A DNA stretch of 64,000 bases from an uncultured delta proteobacterium (GCA_963724765.1 CAVRVY010000003.1:416001-480000); one strand, 5' to 3'. Positions 1 to 9,943 are shown, counted from the stretch's first letter. Made by a program: numbers and translations. The notes: a model not told the origin generated them from the sequence alone.

Positions 1-306
1 GCCGCACTCCTCGCGCATCTCGCGCCGTGCCGCGAAAAGCGGGCTTGGGTCCTCCGGGTCGACCATCCCGCCGGGAATCTCCAAAGTGAAGTCGCCGACG
101 CCGTGGCGGAACTGCCGCACCATCACCACCTCGTTGGCGGGTGTGATCGGGATGATATTGATCCAGGCCGGCGCCTCGAGCACGAAGAAGTCGTGTTCGC
201 CGCGATGCGGATGCGAGCGCTGATGGCGATGCAGATCGAAGATCGGCGTCGCGTAGACGCGCTCACTCTTGAGCGTTTCCCAGCGGCGGGCTTTCGTGCG
301 CGCCAT
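1..306 (-). CDS. NUDIX hydrolase (ADP-ribose pyrophosphatase-like), runs off the window edge
   Basis: Not in the ORF track. Hand translation from ATG at 306 gives MARTKARRWETL...VRQFRHGVGDFTLEIPGGMVDPEDPSPLFAARREMREECG, which contains the Nudix box (G...AxRExxEExG). Confidence 0.85.
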   Translation of the reverse strand, partial: MARTKARRWETLKSERVYATPIFDLHRHQRSHPHRGEHDFFVLEAPAWINIIPITPANEVVMVRQFRHGVGDFTLEIPGGMVDPEDPSPLFAARREMREECG

Positions 307-336
307 CGCTAACAGCGCCGGTGCCGCACGCCGTGC

Positions 337-810
337 TTAGAACAGCCGCCCATACTCGATCGCCGGGCAGCGGTCCATCACGACCGTCATCCCGGCCGCA
401 CCCGCGCGCGCGGCGGCCTCAAGGTTGACCACGCCAAGCTGGCACCATAACACGCGCGCGCCCTTGGCGATCGCCGCCTCGGCGATTTCCGGCAGATATT
501 CGGAGCGCCTGAAGACGTCGACCATCTGGACCGGGCCGGGAATCGAGGCGAGGTCCGGGTAGCATCGCTCGCCGAGCGCGCCCATCAGCGCGTCGGGCCC
601 AAGCTGCGGATTGACCGGGATCACGCGGAAACCCTTGCGCTTGAGCAGCATCGCGATCTGCAGGCTGTCGCGCGCCGGATTATCGGAGCATCCAACCACC
701 GCGACCGTGGCCGGATGCGAGAGTATCTCGCGAATCTCGGCATCCGTGGGGTTGGTGAAGTCCATCAATTCGAATTCCTTGTCGAATTCCTTGCCGAATT
801 CGTTTGACAT
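337..810 (-). CDS. CoA-binding domain protein (YccU-like)
   Basis: VAVVGCSDNPARDS, IPVNP, VDVFRR, WCQLG and VMDRC motifs. Start may be the second Met at 765. Confidence 0.85.
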   Translation of the reverse strand: MSNEFGKEFDKEFELMDFTNPTDAEIREILSHPATVAVVGCSDNPARDSLQIAMLLKRKGFRVIPVNPQLGPDALMGALGERCYPDLASIPGPVQMVDVFRRSEYLPEIAEAAIAKGARVLWCQLGVVNLEAAARAGAAGMTVVMDRCPAIEYGRLF

Positions 811-825
811 CCCTTCGATGCCGTC

Positions 826-1356
826 TCATTCGTCGCCGAGCAGGCGATCGACGACTTTCGGGATGAGCCTTGCGATTTCGTCGCGGCAGACGTCGAAGAC
901 TTCGTAGCCCTGCTCGAACGGATCATCTATATCGCCCGACTCGCCGGCGAACGCGCGCAGTGTGAAAACTGCGCGCCCGGCGGCGGCCGGAAAGCGCTCG
1001 CGCAGGTCGCGCTCCTGCGCCACGGTCATCGCGATCACCAAGTCGGCCGCCTCCAGCATCTCCGGATGGCGTTTGAGGTCGGTCGAGGACGCTTCTTCGC
1101 CAATATCGATGCCGATCGACTTGAGCGTCATCCGGGTATCGAGCGAAACCAGCGCGCCGTCGCGAGCGTAGGGCGCGATACCGGCCGAGCGGATCTCGAT
1201 CGAGCCGTCGGCGCCGCGCGCGCCAAATTCGCGCCGCAGCATATGCTCCGCCATGATGCTGCGGGCGGTGTTGGCCGCGCAAATGATTAGCACCCGGCGC
1301 GCGCGCGTACCGCGCTGCGCGCCGCTCACGCGCGAACCGGATTCACCGTTAGGCAT
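826..1356 (-). CDS. Low-molecular-weight protein Tyr/Arg phosphatase family
   Basis: P-loop CAANTARS (CX5R), SAGI, ADLVIAM and IDDPF general-acid loop. Confidence 0.8.
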   Translation of the reverse strand: MPNGESGSRVSGAQRGTRARRVLIICAANTARSIMAEHMLRREFGARGADGSIEIRSAGIAPYARDGALVSLDTRMTLKSIGIDIGEEASSTDLKRHPEMLEAADLVIAMTVAQERDLRERFPAAAGRAVFTLRAFAGESGDIDDPFEQGYEVFDVCRDEIARLIPKVVDRLLGDE

Positions 1357-1363
1357 CGGCCGG

Positions 1364-2302
1364 TTAGCGCCCCGCGGACATGACCTCGGCCATGCTTTCT
1401 TTCTTGGTGACTCCCTTGGCGAGTTCTTCCTTCAGGCGCGTGCCGAGCGCCGCCGGCTCCCAGAAAGTGCCGGGCGCCGCGGCGACCTGCGCCACCGAAT
1501 GCCATCCGCGCATCAGCCACACCCGCCCCATCCCGACACGAAACACCTCGCCGTGAACGTCCTTGGCGTCGTCGCTGCCGAGCCACGCAACCAGCGGCGC
1601 CACGTGGGCGGGACTGAAGAGGTCGAACTCGCCCTGCTTGACGGCGGGCATCGTGGCCGCGGTCTGCGGCGTAGCGTCGATTGTCAGGCGGGTGCGGGCC
1701 ACCGGCGCGATCGCGTTGGCGGTGCATCCGTAGCGAGCCATCTCGCGGTCGATGATTATCGCAAATGCCGCGACGGCGGCCTTGGCGGTGCCATAGTTGC
1801 CCTGGCCGGCGTTGCCGAGCAGGCCCGAATCGGAGCTGGTGTTGATGAGGCGGCCGTTGAGCAGATTGCCGTTCTTCTGTTGCTCGCGCCAGTAGGCAGT
1901 GGCGTGGCGCGCCATGTTGAAGGTACCTTTGAGATGGACGTTGACGACGGCGTCGAAGTCCTCTTCGCTCATGTTGAAGATCATGCGGTCGCGCAGGATG
2001 CCGGCGTTGTTGACCACGATGTTGAGTTTGCCGAAGTTGTCCAGCGCGCACTCGACGATGCGCTTGGAGGATTTGAAATCGCTGACGCTTTCGAAATTGG
2101 CCACCGCCTCGCCACCGAAGCCGCGGATCGCTTTAATAACTTCCTCGGCCGGGGAACGTGACTGGCCGGTGCCGTCGAAGTGGCCGCCGAGATCGTTGAC
2201 TACGACCTTGGCCCCCTGTTTGGCCAGCAGCAGCGCCTCTTCGCGGCCAATACCGCGTCCGGCGCCCGTAACGATCGCGACCTTCCCATCAAGTAATGCC
2301 AT
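1364..2302 (-). CDS. Short-chain dehydrogenase/reductase (3-hydroxyacyl-CoA dehydrogenase-like)
   Basis: TGAGRGIG, NNAGILRD and YGTAK (YxxxK). Start moved to MALLDGK at 2302 behind an AGAGGA RBS. Confidence 0.9.
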   Translation of the reverse strand: MALLDGKVAIVTGAGRGIGREEALLLAKQGAKVVVNDLGGHFDGTGQSRSPAEEVIKAIRGFGGEAVANFESVSDFKSSKRIVECALDNFGKLNIVVNNAGILRDRMIFNMSEEDFDAVVNVHLKGTFNMARHATAYWREQQKNGNLLNGRLINTSSDSGLLGNAGQGNYGTAKAAVAAFAIIIDREMARYGCTANAIAPVARTRLTIDATPQTAATMPAVKQGEFDLFSPAHVAPLVAWLGSDDAKDVHGEVFRVGMGRVWLMRGWHSVAQVAAAPGTFWEPAALGTRLKEELAKGVTKKESMAEVMSAGR

Positions 2303-2625
2303 TGCCGTCTCAATCCTCTCTTTGTCGCGGGTTTCTTCCGCCTCTGGCAGATTTATCCCGTAACTCCGCCCTGCCGCAAGCTCCCGGAACCGGACGCGAT
2401 GCGCGTGAGTTGACTTGGCCGGCAGGCGTTGCGTCTGAGGCCCCACTGATGCGAACTGATGCAAAGGACGGCGCAGTTGGGCCGAACTCGTCTCCGCAGG
2501 TTTGCGCATACCGGCCCGGGTAGGTAATTATGTTGAGCTTCGGGGACCCGATGCCATGGCGTTGCTGGGGAGCCGCAACGGCCACGCCAGTCGGCCTAGA
2601 ATCTCGGTTGCGGAAGGTTTAAGCG

Positions 2626-3267
2626 ATGCAGAACCAGTTCGGCATTATTCAGATGATCCAGCAGGGTTACTATGCCACGTACCCGCTGATCGTCATCTCG
2701 ATCGTTTGCCTGGCGGTCATTTTCGAGCGCCTGTGGGCGTTGCGCGGAATCGGCTCCCGTGCCACCAAGACCGCCGACGCGCTGGTCGGCCCGCTGCGCC
2801 AGGGTAAATTCAACGAGGCCCTGCAGCGCACCGAAACCGGCCATACCGCGGCTGACCGCGTCTTCCATACGCTCATCTCGGGCGCCAAGGATCTCGACCG
2901 CGCGCGGCTGGAAGAACTCGACGAGGAGCGGCGCTTTGCCGAGCTGGTCGAGCTCAAGCGCTACATCTGGGTGCTCGCGACTTCGGGCGCCTCGGCCCCG
3001 TTCATCGGGCTGTTCGGCACCGTGGTCGGCATCCTGGTCGCGTTCCAGTCAATGGCGGTGATGGGCACCGGCGGCTTCTCGGTGGTGGCGGCCGGCATCT
3101 CGGAGGCGCTGATTTCAACCGCGTTGGGATTGGCGGTCGCGATCATCGCGGTCATTTTCTACAACTACTTCTCAGTCAAGATCGACAACATCAACGCCGC
3201 GATCCACATCAACGCCGCCCGCCTCATCGACGCTGCGCTGCAAGGGAGACAGGCCGTTGGCGGTTAG
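2626..3267 (+). CDS. exbB: MotA/TolQ/ExbB proton-channel protein
   Basis: Three TM segments with APFIGLFGTVVGI and GISEALISTALGL signatures. Confidence 0.9.
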   Translation: MQNQFGIIQMIQQGYYATYPLIVISIVCLAVIFERLWALRGIGSRATKTADALVGPLRQGKFNEALQRTETGHTAADRVFHTLISGAKDLDRARLEELDEERRFAELVELKRYIWVLATSGASAPFIGLFGTVVGILVAFQSMAVMGTGGFSVVAAGISEALISTALGLAVAIIAVIFYNYFSVKIDNINAAIHINAARLIDAALQGRQAVGG

Positions 3268-3712
3268 CGGACCCAAAAGCAGCGGCGAGATGTTCTGGCA
3301 GATAAACATCACGCCGCTGACCGACATCTTCCTGGTCCTGCTCATCATCTTCATGGTAACCACCTCGGTCACCATCGAGGCCGCCTCCCACGTCGACCTT
3401 CCGATGGCCGAGAACACTTCGCCCGAAAACAAGGGCGTTATCGTCACCTATACCGCCCAGCACGAGCTGTTCGTCAATTCCAAGGACGTGACCGAGCGCG
3501 ACCTCGAGTCGGCGCTGACCGACGCGCTGACCCGGGTCGATTCCAAGGTGGTGATTTTCCAGGGCGACGAGAAAGTCCTGCTGGGTGACATGATCCGGAT
3601 CCTGCAAATCGCCAAGTTGGCCGGCGCCCAGCAGATAGCGATCGCGGCCAAGCACGTCTCGCCGGGACAGTTCCAGCGCCTGCAAACCGGGCCGGGCGCG
3701 ACCGGCGGTTGA
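3257..3712 (+). CDS. exbD: ExbD/TolR family protein 1
   Basis: INITPLTDIFLVLLIIFMV with the conserved Asp. Overlaps the exbB stop. Confidence 0.9.
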   Translation: MAVSGPKSSGEMFWQINITPLTDIFLVLLIIFMVTTSVTIEAASHVDLPMAENTSPENKGVIVTYTAQHELFVNSKDVTERDLESALTDALTRVDSKVVIFQGDEKVLLGDMIRILQIAKLAGAQQIAIAAKHVSPGQFQRLQTGPGATGG

Positions 3713-3753
3713 CCCCGGCAAACGAGGCCGGAGCAAGAGGTTAGAACCAGTTC

Positions 3754-4248
3754 ATGGCGATAAGCCCTAATCAAAGCGGCGGTGTTTTCGCCGACATCAA
3801 CATCACGCCGCTGACCGATATCTTTCTGGTCCTGCTCATCATCTTTATGGTTGCAACCGCGATCACCATCGAGTCCGCCGCCCACGTCGACTTGCCCAAA
3901 GTTCAGTCACAGGCGACCACCGACAAACCCAAGGGCGTGGCGGTGATGTACACCGCGGACCATCGCATCTTCGTCAACCAGGGTGAGGTGAATGAGCAAA
4001 CGCTGCCGGCGGCGCTCCACGACGCTATCGCCAAGGATCCCGACAAGCTGGTGGTGTTCCAGGGAGACCCGGCGGTGATCTTGGCCGACATGGTCCGCAT
4101 CCTCGACATCGCCAAAACGGCGGGCGCCCAGCAAATCGCGATCGCGGTGGCCAAGCTGCCGGGCGGCGGTGGCGGCGGCGAGACGGGGGAGCCGTCCCTC
4201 CCCAGCGGACCGGTGGTGCCGCCGGAACCCGCTACCGGAGGACCCTGA
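3754..4248 (+). CDS. exbD: ExbD/TolR family protein 2
   Basis: Same INITPLTDIFLVLLIIFMV TM motif plus a Gly/Pro C-terminal tail. Confidence 0.9.
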   Translation: MAISPNQSGGVFADINITPLTDIFLVLLIIFMVATAITIESAAHVDLPKVQSQATTDKPKGVAVMYTADHRIFVNQGEVNEQTLPAALHDAIAKDPDKLVVFQGDPAVILADMVRILDIAKTAGAQQIAIAVAKLPGGGGGGETGEPSLPSGPVVPPEPATGGP

Positions 4249-4367
4249 CTTTAGTTGTACCGTCACCGAGAGCACAATATTAAAGGGCGCCCTCAGGCGC
4301 ATAACTGGAGCATGGGCGCCGCCTTTCGGGGGATCAGGGCCGGGGCCGTAACAGCAAAGGGCATCGC

Positions 4368-5582
4368 GTGACCGTCGCGGAAGAAATCGGCCTGCTTGCG
4401 GTCTCGGTAGTCGTTGTAGCGATCGGGCTGTTCTGGATCGCCACGCGCGCGCATCTGGATGAGGAAGATCCGGAAAAGGAAAAGCCCGGCTTCAAACATG
4501 GCCTGCGCCAGGGTCTGCGCTTCCTGCTTGGCCCGTTCCCACTTTCCATTGGTCTGCACGTCGTGGTCCTGCTCTTCCTGCTCTTCGCCGTGCACATGGA
4601 GACCGGCCAGAACTTCATTCCGATAAGCCTCCAGGCCGGTGGCGGCGGCGGCCAGACCAAACCCGGCGAAGACACCAACCTGCCCGAGATGCAGATGCCT
4701 GAGCTGCAGGCGCTGCCGATGGAGAAGCCCAAGCAGATCGACGCTTACGCGCGTGAGGCCGTCGTTACCGCTAACAACTACGTGCGCTCGGCGAACAGTG
4801 GAATCGGAATCGGCCGCGGCGGCGGCATAGGCTCGGGCTACGGCCAGGGCATCGGCGGCGGGTTCGGCGGCTTCATCAGCGGCCTGCGGCGCACCGGTCT
4901 CGACGTCGTGATCGTCATCGACGGGACGGGCTCGATGCGCCTGGTGATCGACGACGTAAAGAACAAGATGCGCCAGTTGATGCTCGCGATCCATGGGCTG
5001 GTGCCGACCGCGCGCGTGGGGATCATCGTCTTCGGCGGACGCGGCGAGCAGGTGCAAATGCTGCCGCTTACCACTTCGCCCGGCGCGGTGGTCCAGTTCC
5101 TGGGCGGCATCCAGGCTCGCAATGGCGGCGAATGGCAGGAAGACACGCTGGGCGCGGTCCGCATGGCGGTCGACAACATGGGATGGCGCTCGTACGCCAA
5201 GAAAGTGATCGTGCTGGTCGGCGACACGCCGCCGTTCAAGGAGGATTTCGATCCGGTCCTCCAATTCATCCGCCAGTTCCACGCTGAGAACGGAACCTTC
5301 AACACGGTCGACCTGACCGTCGAGGAGCACGAGCGCTTCATCAAACAGTGGCAGAGCTTCAGCGGGCCAGTGCCGGTGAGCGCCTCCTCCCTGCCGGAGT
5401 TCTACCTCGAAACCCAGGCGGCTTATCAGGCGATGGCGCGGGCGGGCGGCGGAACATGGCGCAGTCTGACCAAGGACGAGCACATCAACCAGCAGGTGTT
5501 GATCCTGGCATTCGGCGAGCAGTGGCGCTCCGAGGTCGCCGCGTTCGGCCGAGGCATCAGATCCACCAACGCCGACCCGTAG
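4368..5582 (+). CDS. Membrane-anchored vWA-domain protein with TonB-like N-terminal helix and linker
   Basis: Two hydrophobic segments, the second LSIGLHVVVLLFLL (SxxxH), then a Pro/Gly linker and a vWA domain with DVVIVIDGTGSM and LVGD. Confidence 0.75.
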   Translation: MTVAEEIGLLAVSVVVVAIGLFWIATRAHLDEEDPEKEKPGFKHGLRQGLRFLLGPFPLSIGLHVVVLLFLLFAVHMETGQNFIPISLQAGGGGGQTKPGEDTNLPEMQMPELQALPMEKPKQIDAYAREAVVTANNYVRSANSGIGIGRGGGIGSGYGQGIGGGFGGFISGLRRTGLDVVIVIDGTGSMRLVIDDVKNKMRQLMLAIHGLVPTARVGIIVFGGRGEQVQMLPLTTSPGAVVQFLGGIQARNGGEWQEDTLGAVRMAVDNMGWRSYAKKVIVLVGDTPPFKEDFDPVLQFIRQFHAENGTFNTVDLTVEEHERFIKQWQSFSGPVPVSASSLPEFYLETQAAYQAMARAGGGTWRSLTKDEHINQQVLILAFGEQWRSEVAAFGRGIRSTNADP

Positions 5583-6000
5583 GGTTCGTCACGCGAACTC
5601 GCTCCTTCACTCATACCTCGGCGGGCGGCGCAGGTCGCACAGCGCGCTGCCAAAACGGTGCGCAAAGCGATGATACCGGCGAACTCCGAGGTCGCGATAC
5701 AAATGCGCGCGCGGGACCGCGCGCCTCACCGGCGCTAACTGGGCAGGCCGGGAAACGTCGCCTTCGATAGTCCTTTCTTTCATATGACGCGCATCATATT
5801 AATTATTGATGCTACAATATGCAAAATCCATTCCTTTTGTCGAAGCGGCCAAATAATTATAAGTGCGCCACCACTACTACGTTCTTGACTAAGCTTTTGG
5901 CGGCTTTGAATGATATCGCGCAGAGTATATTTGTGATACAAACCAATCGGCGTTAAACTGCGTTTTCGATCAACCTTGTACTTTAAAGAGAGGAGATTGC

Positions 6001-6531
6001 ATGCGAAAGTTCTCTATTGCACTGTTCGCGGTCGCGGCCCTGGCCGTGACACTGTCGGCGGCGCCCAGCGCGCGCGCACAAGATAAAGCGCCGACAAAGA
6101 GCACCACCAAGATCGGCTATTTGAGCTGTCACGTCGCCAGCGGCTGGGGATTCATCTTCGGATCGTCGCGTAAGCTGCAATGCGTCTACACTCCGGCGGC
6201 AAAGGGCAAGAAAATCGAGGACTACAGCGGTTCGATCAGCAAGTTCGGAGCCGACATCGGCTACCTGCAATCTGGCGTAATCCTATGGACGGTGCTGGCG
6301 CCGGCGGTAAAGATCTCGAGCCCAGCCGGTTTGCTCGCTGGCCACTACGGCGGAGCGACCGCTAGCGCGACTCTCGGACTCGGCGTCGGCGGCAACCTGC
6401 TGGTCGGCGGAATGGATGGATCGATTTCGCTGCAGCCGCTCAGCATCGAGGGCACCACGGGCCTTAACGTCGCAGCGGGCGTGGCGATGCTGGATCTCAA
6501 GTTCGAGTCTGTATCAGGCGTCAAGCAATAG
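6001..6531 (+). CDS. Secreted DUF992-family protein
   Basis: Signal peptide, GYLSC, GFIFGSSRKLQC, GHYGGATASA and ISLQPLSIEG...GLNVAAG. AGAGGAG RBS. Confidence 0.85.
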   Translation: MRKFSIALFAVAALAVTLSAAPSARAQDKAPTKSTTKIGYLSCHVASGWGFIFGSSRKLQCVYTPAAKGKKIEDYSGSISKFGADIGYLQSGVILWTVLAPAVKISSPAGLLAGHYGGATASATLGLGVGGNLLVGGMDGSISLQPLSIEGTTGLNVAAGVAMLDLKFESVSGVKQ

Positions 6532-6569
6532 ATTCTTCAAGAGAACCTGATAGATTCTCCAAGAGAACC

Positions 6570-6609
6570 AAAAAAGAGGGCCGGGGATCGACATCCCCCG
6601 GCCCTTTTT
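6570..6609. terminator. Bidirectional intrinsic terminator
   Basis: A-run, AGGGCCGGGG stem, CCCCGGCCCT, then T-run, between convergent genes. Confidence 0.8.
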
Positions 6610-6621
6610 CATTGCCCGCGC

Positions 6622-8058
6622 TCAATCCGCGGCGGCGTTAGCGGCAGCCGCGGCGTCAACGTGGCTATGGAAGCGGCCGTAGCCGAAGTAGATCGCAAGT
6701 CCAATCGCCATCCAGACGAAAAACCTGATCCACGTGACCAGCGGCAGACTGGCCATCAGGTACAAGCACGACAGCGCACCCACGATCGGCACCAGCGGTA
6801 CAAACGGCGTGCGAAAAGGCCGGTGCTGACCCGGATTGATGTAACGCAGAATCCATACCCCCAGGCAGACCAGTACGAACGCGAACAGGGTGCCGATATT
6901 GGTCAGCTCGGCGATGTCCTGGATCGGCAGCAGCGCCGCTGTGACGCCTACCGCTGCTCCGGTCAGCACGGTCGGTATGTAGGGAGTCAGGAAGCGCGGA
7001 TGGACCCGGCTAAACGCCTGCGGCAGCAGCCCGTCGCGCGAGATCGCGAAAAAAATCCGCGACTGGCCGAGCAGCAACACCAGCAGCACCGAGGTCAGCC
7101 CCATCACGGCGCCCACCGAGACTACGCCGCCGATGAAGTTGAGCCCGCGCACCACGAAGGCCGAGGCCAGCGGCGCGTTCTTGTCGATCTCGCCAAACGG
7201 CACCATCCCGGTCAGCACCGCGGCCACCGCGATATATAGAGCCGTGCAGACGAAGAGCGACCACAGGATGCCACGCGGCAGATCGCGCCCGGGATCGACT
7301 ACCTCCTCAGCTGCGGTCGAGACCGCATCGAAGCCGATGTATGCGAAAAAGATGTACGCCGCACCCTTGGAAATGCCCGACCATCCGAACGGCGCGAACG
7401 GGCTCCAGTTCTGCGGACGGATGAAAAACATCCCGACCAGGACTACGGTCGCGACCGCGAACAGTTTGATTCCGACGATTATCGAGTTGAGCCGCGCGCT
7501 CTCACGGATGCCGACGTAGAGCACGGCCGAGATCAGCAGCACGATCAGCAGCGCCGGCAGATTGATGATCGCGCCCGGCTCTGAGCTGGGGGCAAACGCT
7601 ATCGCGTGCGGCAGACGTACCCCGATCCCTTCGAGAATCACGCGGAAGTATCCCGACCATCCCACCGCGACCGCCGCCGCGCCCACCGCATATTCCAGCA
7701 CGAGGTCCCAGCCGATGATCCATCCGACCAGCTCGCCCATCGTGGCATACGAGTAGGAATACGCGGAGCCTGCCACAGGAATCATCGCGGCGAACTCCGC
7801 GTAGCACAGCGCCGCCATCGTGCACGCCACGCCCGCCATGATGAATGAAACGATAAGGCCCGGCCCGGCCTGACGCGCGCCGACCCCGGTCATCACGAAG
7901 ATACCGGCGCCGATGATCGCCCCGATGCCCAGTGCGGTAAGGTCGAGCGCGCCGAGCGCGCGGCGCAGTCCGCCGCGATGCGGTCCGGCGTCGTCCAGCA
8001 GGGCGGCGACCGGCTTGCGGCGCAAGATTTGCGCTCTGAGAGCCGCTCCGCCCGTCAC
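6622..8058 (-). CDS. APC-family amino acid permease
   Basis: GAIIGAGIF, GSAYSY and FFAYIGFD motifs with about 12 TM segments. Confidence 0.92.
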   Translation of the reverse strand: MTGGAALRAQILRRKPVAALLDDAGPHRGGLRRALGALDLTALGIGAIIGAGIFVMTGVGARQAGPGLIVSFIMAGVACTMAALCYAEFAAMIPVAGSAYSYSYATMGELVGWIIGWDLVLEYAVGAAAVAVGWSGYFRVILEGIGVRLPHAIAFAPSSEPGAIINLPALLIVLLISAVLYVGIRESARLNSIIVGIKLFAVATVVLVGMFFIRPQNWSPFAPFGWSGISKGAAYIFFAYIGFDAVSTAAEEVVDPGRDLPRGILWSLFVCTALYIAVAAVLTGMVPFGEIDKNAPLASAFVVRGLNFIGGVVSVGAVMGLTSVLLVLLLGQSRIFFAISRDGLLPQAFSRVHPRFLTPYIPTVLTGAAVGVTAALLPIQDIAELTNIGTLFAFVLVCLGVWILRYINPGQHRPFRTPFVPLVPIVGALSCLYLMASLPLVTWIRFFVWMAIGLAIYFGYGRFHSHVDAAAAANAAAD

Positions 8059-8086
8059 CGCGAGGTCCCGTCTGTGCGCGAAGGCG

Positions 8087-8869
8087 TCACCAGGCCTGGT
8101 AGCCGCCGTCCACCGCCAGCATCGAGCCGGTCACGTAGCTCGAGGCCTCGCTGGCCAGAAAAATTATCGCTCCGCGGATTTCCTCGGGCCGTCCAAGGCG
8201 TCCAAGCGGCGTCGATTTTTCCATCCGCTCACGATTGCTGCCCTTGGCAATCCCGGCCTCGGTCGCTTCGGTCGGAATCCATCCGGGCGCCAGCGCGTTG
8301 ACCAGGATTCCGTAGCCCGCCCATTCGACCGCCAGCTGGCGGGTGAGATTGAGCAGTCCGGCCTTGGCCGCGGTGTAGGCCGAGAGGCGGTAAATCGAAC
8401 TGGCGACGGTCGCGTAGATGGAAACCACGTTGATGATGCGGCCGGGGCGCCTGGCTTCGATCAGGCCGCGCGCGACGCGCTGCGCCAGCATCATCGGCGC
8501 GGTGAGATTGGTCGCGATTGCGGCGTCCCAGGTTGCGCGCGGCAGGGTCTCGGCGCGGCCGGTGGGTGAGATGCCGGCGTTATTGATAAGGATGTCGACC
8601 AGGCCGAGTTCGCGCTTTGCCCGGGCGAGCGCCGCGTCGATTTGCTCGTCGGCGGTTACGTCGAGCTGGATTGCGGCGGTGCGCACGCCATACTCGCGCG
8701 CCAGATTGGCGGCGAGCTTCTCCAGGCGCTCGCTGCGGCGCGCGGCCAACGCGACGTCGGCGCCCGCCATCGCGAGCGCCCGTGCGCAGTCGACGCCGAG
8801 TCCCGACGACGCGCCGGTGACGAAGCCGATATGCCCGCGCAGCGAGAACAGCGACTGCAGCGAATCCAT
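8087..8869 (-). CDS. SDR oxidoreductase
   Basis: TGASSGLG, NNAG and YTAAK motifs. Confidence 0.9.
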   Translation of the reverse strand: MDSLQSLFSLRGHIGFVTGASSGLGVDCARALAMAGADVALAARRSERLEKLAANLAREYGVRTAAIQLDVTADEQIDAALARAKRELGLVDILINNAGISPTGRAETLPRATWDAAIATNLTAPMMLAQRVARGLIEARRPGRIINVVSIYATVASSIYRLSAYTAAKAGLLNLTRQLAVEWAGYGILVNALAPGWIPTEATEAGIAKGSNRERMEKSTPLGRLGRPEEIRGAIIFLASEASSYVTGSMLAVDGGYQAW

Positions 8870-8875
8870 CGGGTG

Positions 8876-9943
8876 CTATCGCTCCACCGCCGCGGCTGCG
8901 GCGTCGGCGGTTTTGGCGGCGGCCTCAGCCGCCGCCAAAACCGCGCGCTGGATGTCCGCGCCGCTCACGCCATAGTGCGTGACGGCGCGGAACTCGACCG
9001 GGCTCCGCGCACCGACCAGCACGCCGCGCTCGCCGAGCGCGGCGGCGAAGCGCCTCGCCCGCTCGGCGCCCCCGGCGACCTCGAAGAACACCATGTTGGT
9101 GCGCCGGCGCGCCGGATGCACTCGCAGCCCCGCAACGCGGCCGAGCCCTTCGGCCAGCGCGCGTGCGTTGTCATGGTCTTCGGCCAGCCGCTCGACCATC
9201 GCGGTCAACGCGACAATCCCGGCCGCCGCGATTATCCCCGCCTGGCGCATCCCGCCACCCAGCATCTTGCGGACGCGTCGCGCCCGTTCGACGAACGGGC
9301 GTGGCCCGCACAGCATCGTGCCCACCGGACAGGCGAGCCCCTTGGAGAGACAGAACGAAACCGTGTCGGCGTGCGCGGCGATACGGTTTGCGCTGGTCTC
9401 TAGCGCGAGCGCGGCGTTGAAGATGCGCGCGCCGTCGAGATGAACGCCAAGGCCGTGGCAATGCGCCAGTTCGGCGACCGCGTCCATGTGCGCGAGCCCG
9501 ACCGCCTCGCCGCCGCAGCGGTTGTGCGTGTTTTCCATCGCGACCAGCGCGTGCGGCGCGAAATGCGGATCGGGCGGCATCTCGAGTTCGGTCTTCAACT
9601 CGTCGAGCGCGAATTCGCCGTCGTCGGTGTTGCGGATGGGCGTCAGCACCACGCCGCCCAGCGCGGCGGCGCCGCCCGCCTCGTATAGATAAGTGTGTGC
9701 GCGCGCGCCGAGCACCGCCTTGGTGCCGCGCGCGCAATGCACCAGCATCGCGATCAGGTTGCCCATCGTGCCGCTGGCGACCAGCAGCGCGGCCTCCTTG
9801 CCCATCGTGGCTGCCGCCATCGCCTCGAGCCGATTGACGCTGGGGTCCTCGCCGTAAACGTCGTCGCCCAGTTCGGCGCGCGCGATCGCCTCGCGCATCT
9901 CGGGCGTCGGCAGGGTGACCGTGTCGCTGCGCAGATCGATCAC
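8876..9943 (-). CDS. ltaE: Low-specificity L-threonine aldolase
   Basis: IDLRSDTVT, SGTMGN, ENTHN, HLDGAR and CLSKGL (PLP lysine). Confidence 0.92.
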   Translation of the reverse strand: MIDLRSDTVTLPTPEMREAIARAELGDDVYGEDPSVNRLEAMAAATMGKEAALLVASGTMGNLIAMLVHCARGTKAVLGARAHTYLYEAGGAAALGGVVLTPIRNTDDGEFALDELKTELEMPPDPHFAPHALVAMENTHNRCGGEAVGLAHMDAVAELAHCHGLGVHLDGARIFNAALALETSANRIAAHADTVSFCLSKGLACPVGTMLCGPRPFVERARRVRKMLGGGMRQAGIIAAAGIVALTAMVERLAEDHDNARALAEGLGRVAGLRVHPARRRTNMVFFEVAGGAERARRFAAALGERGVLVGARSPVEFRAVTHYGVSGADIQRAVLAAAEAAAKTADAAAAAVER

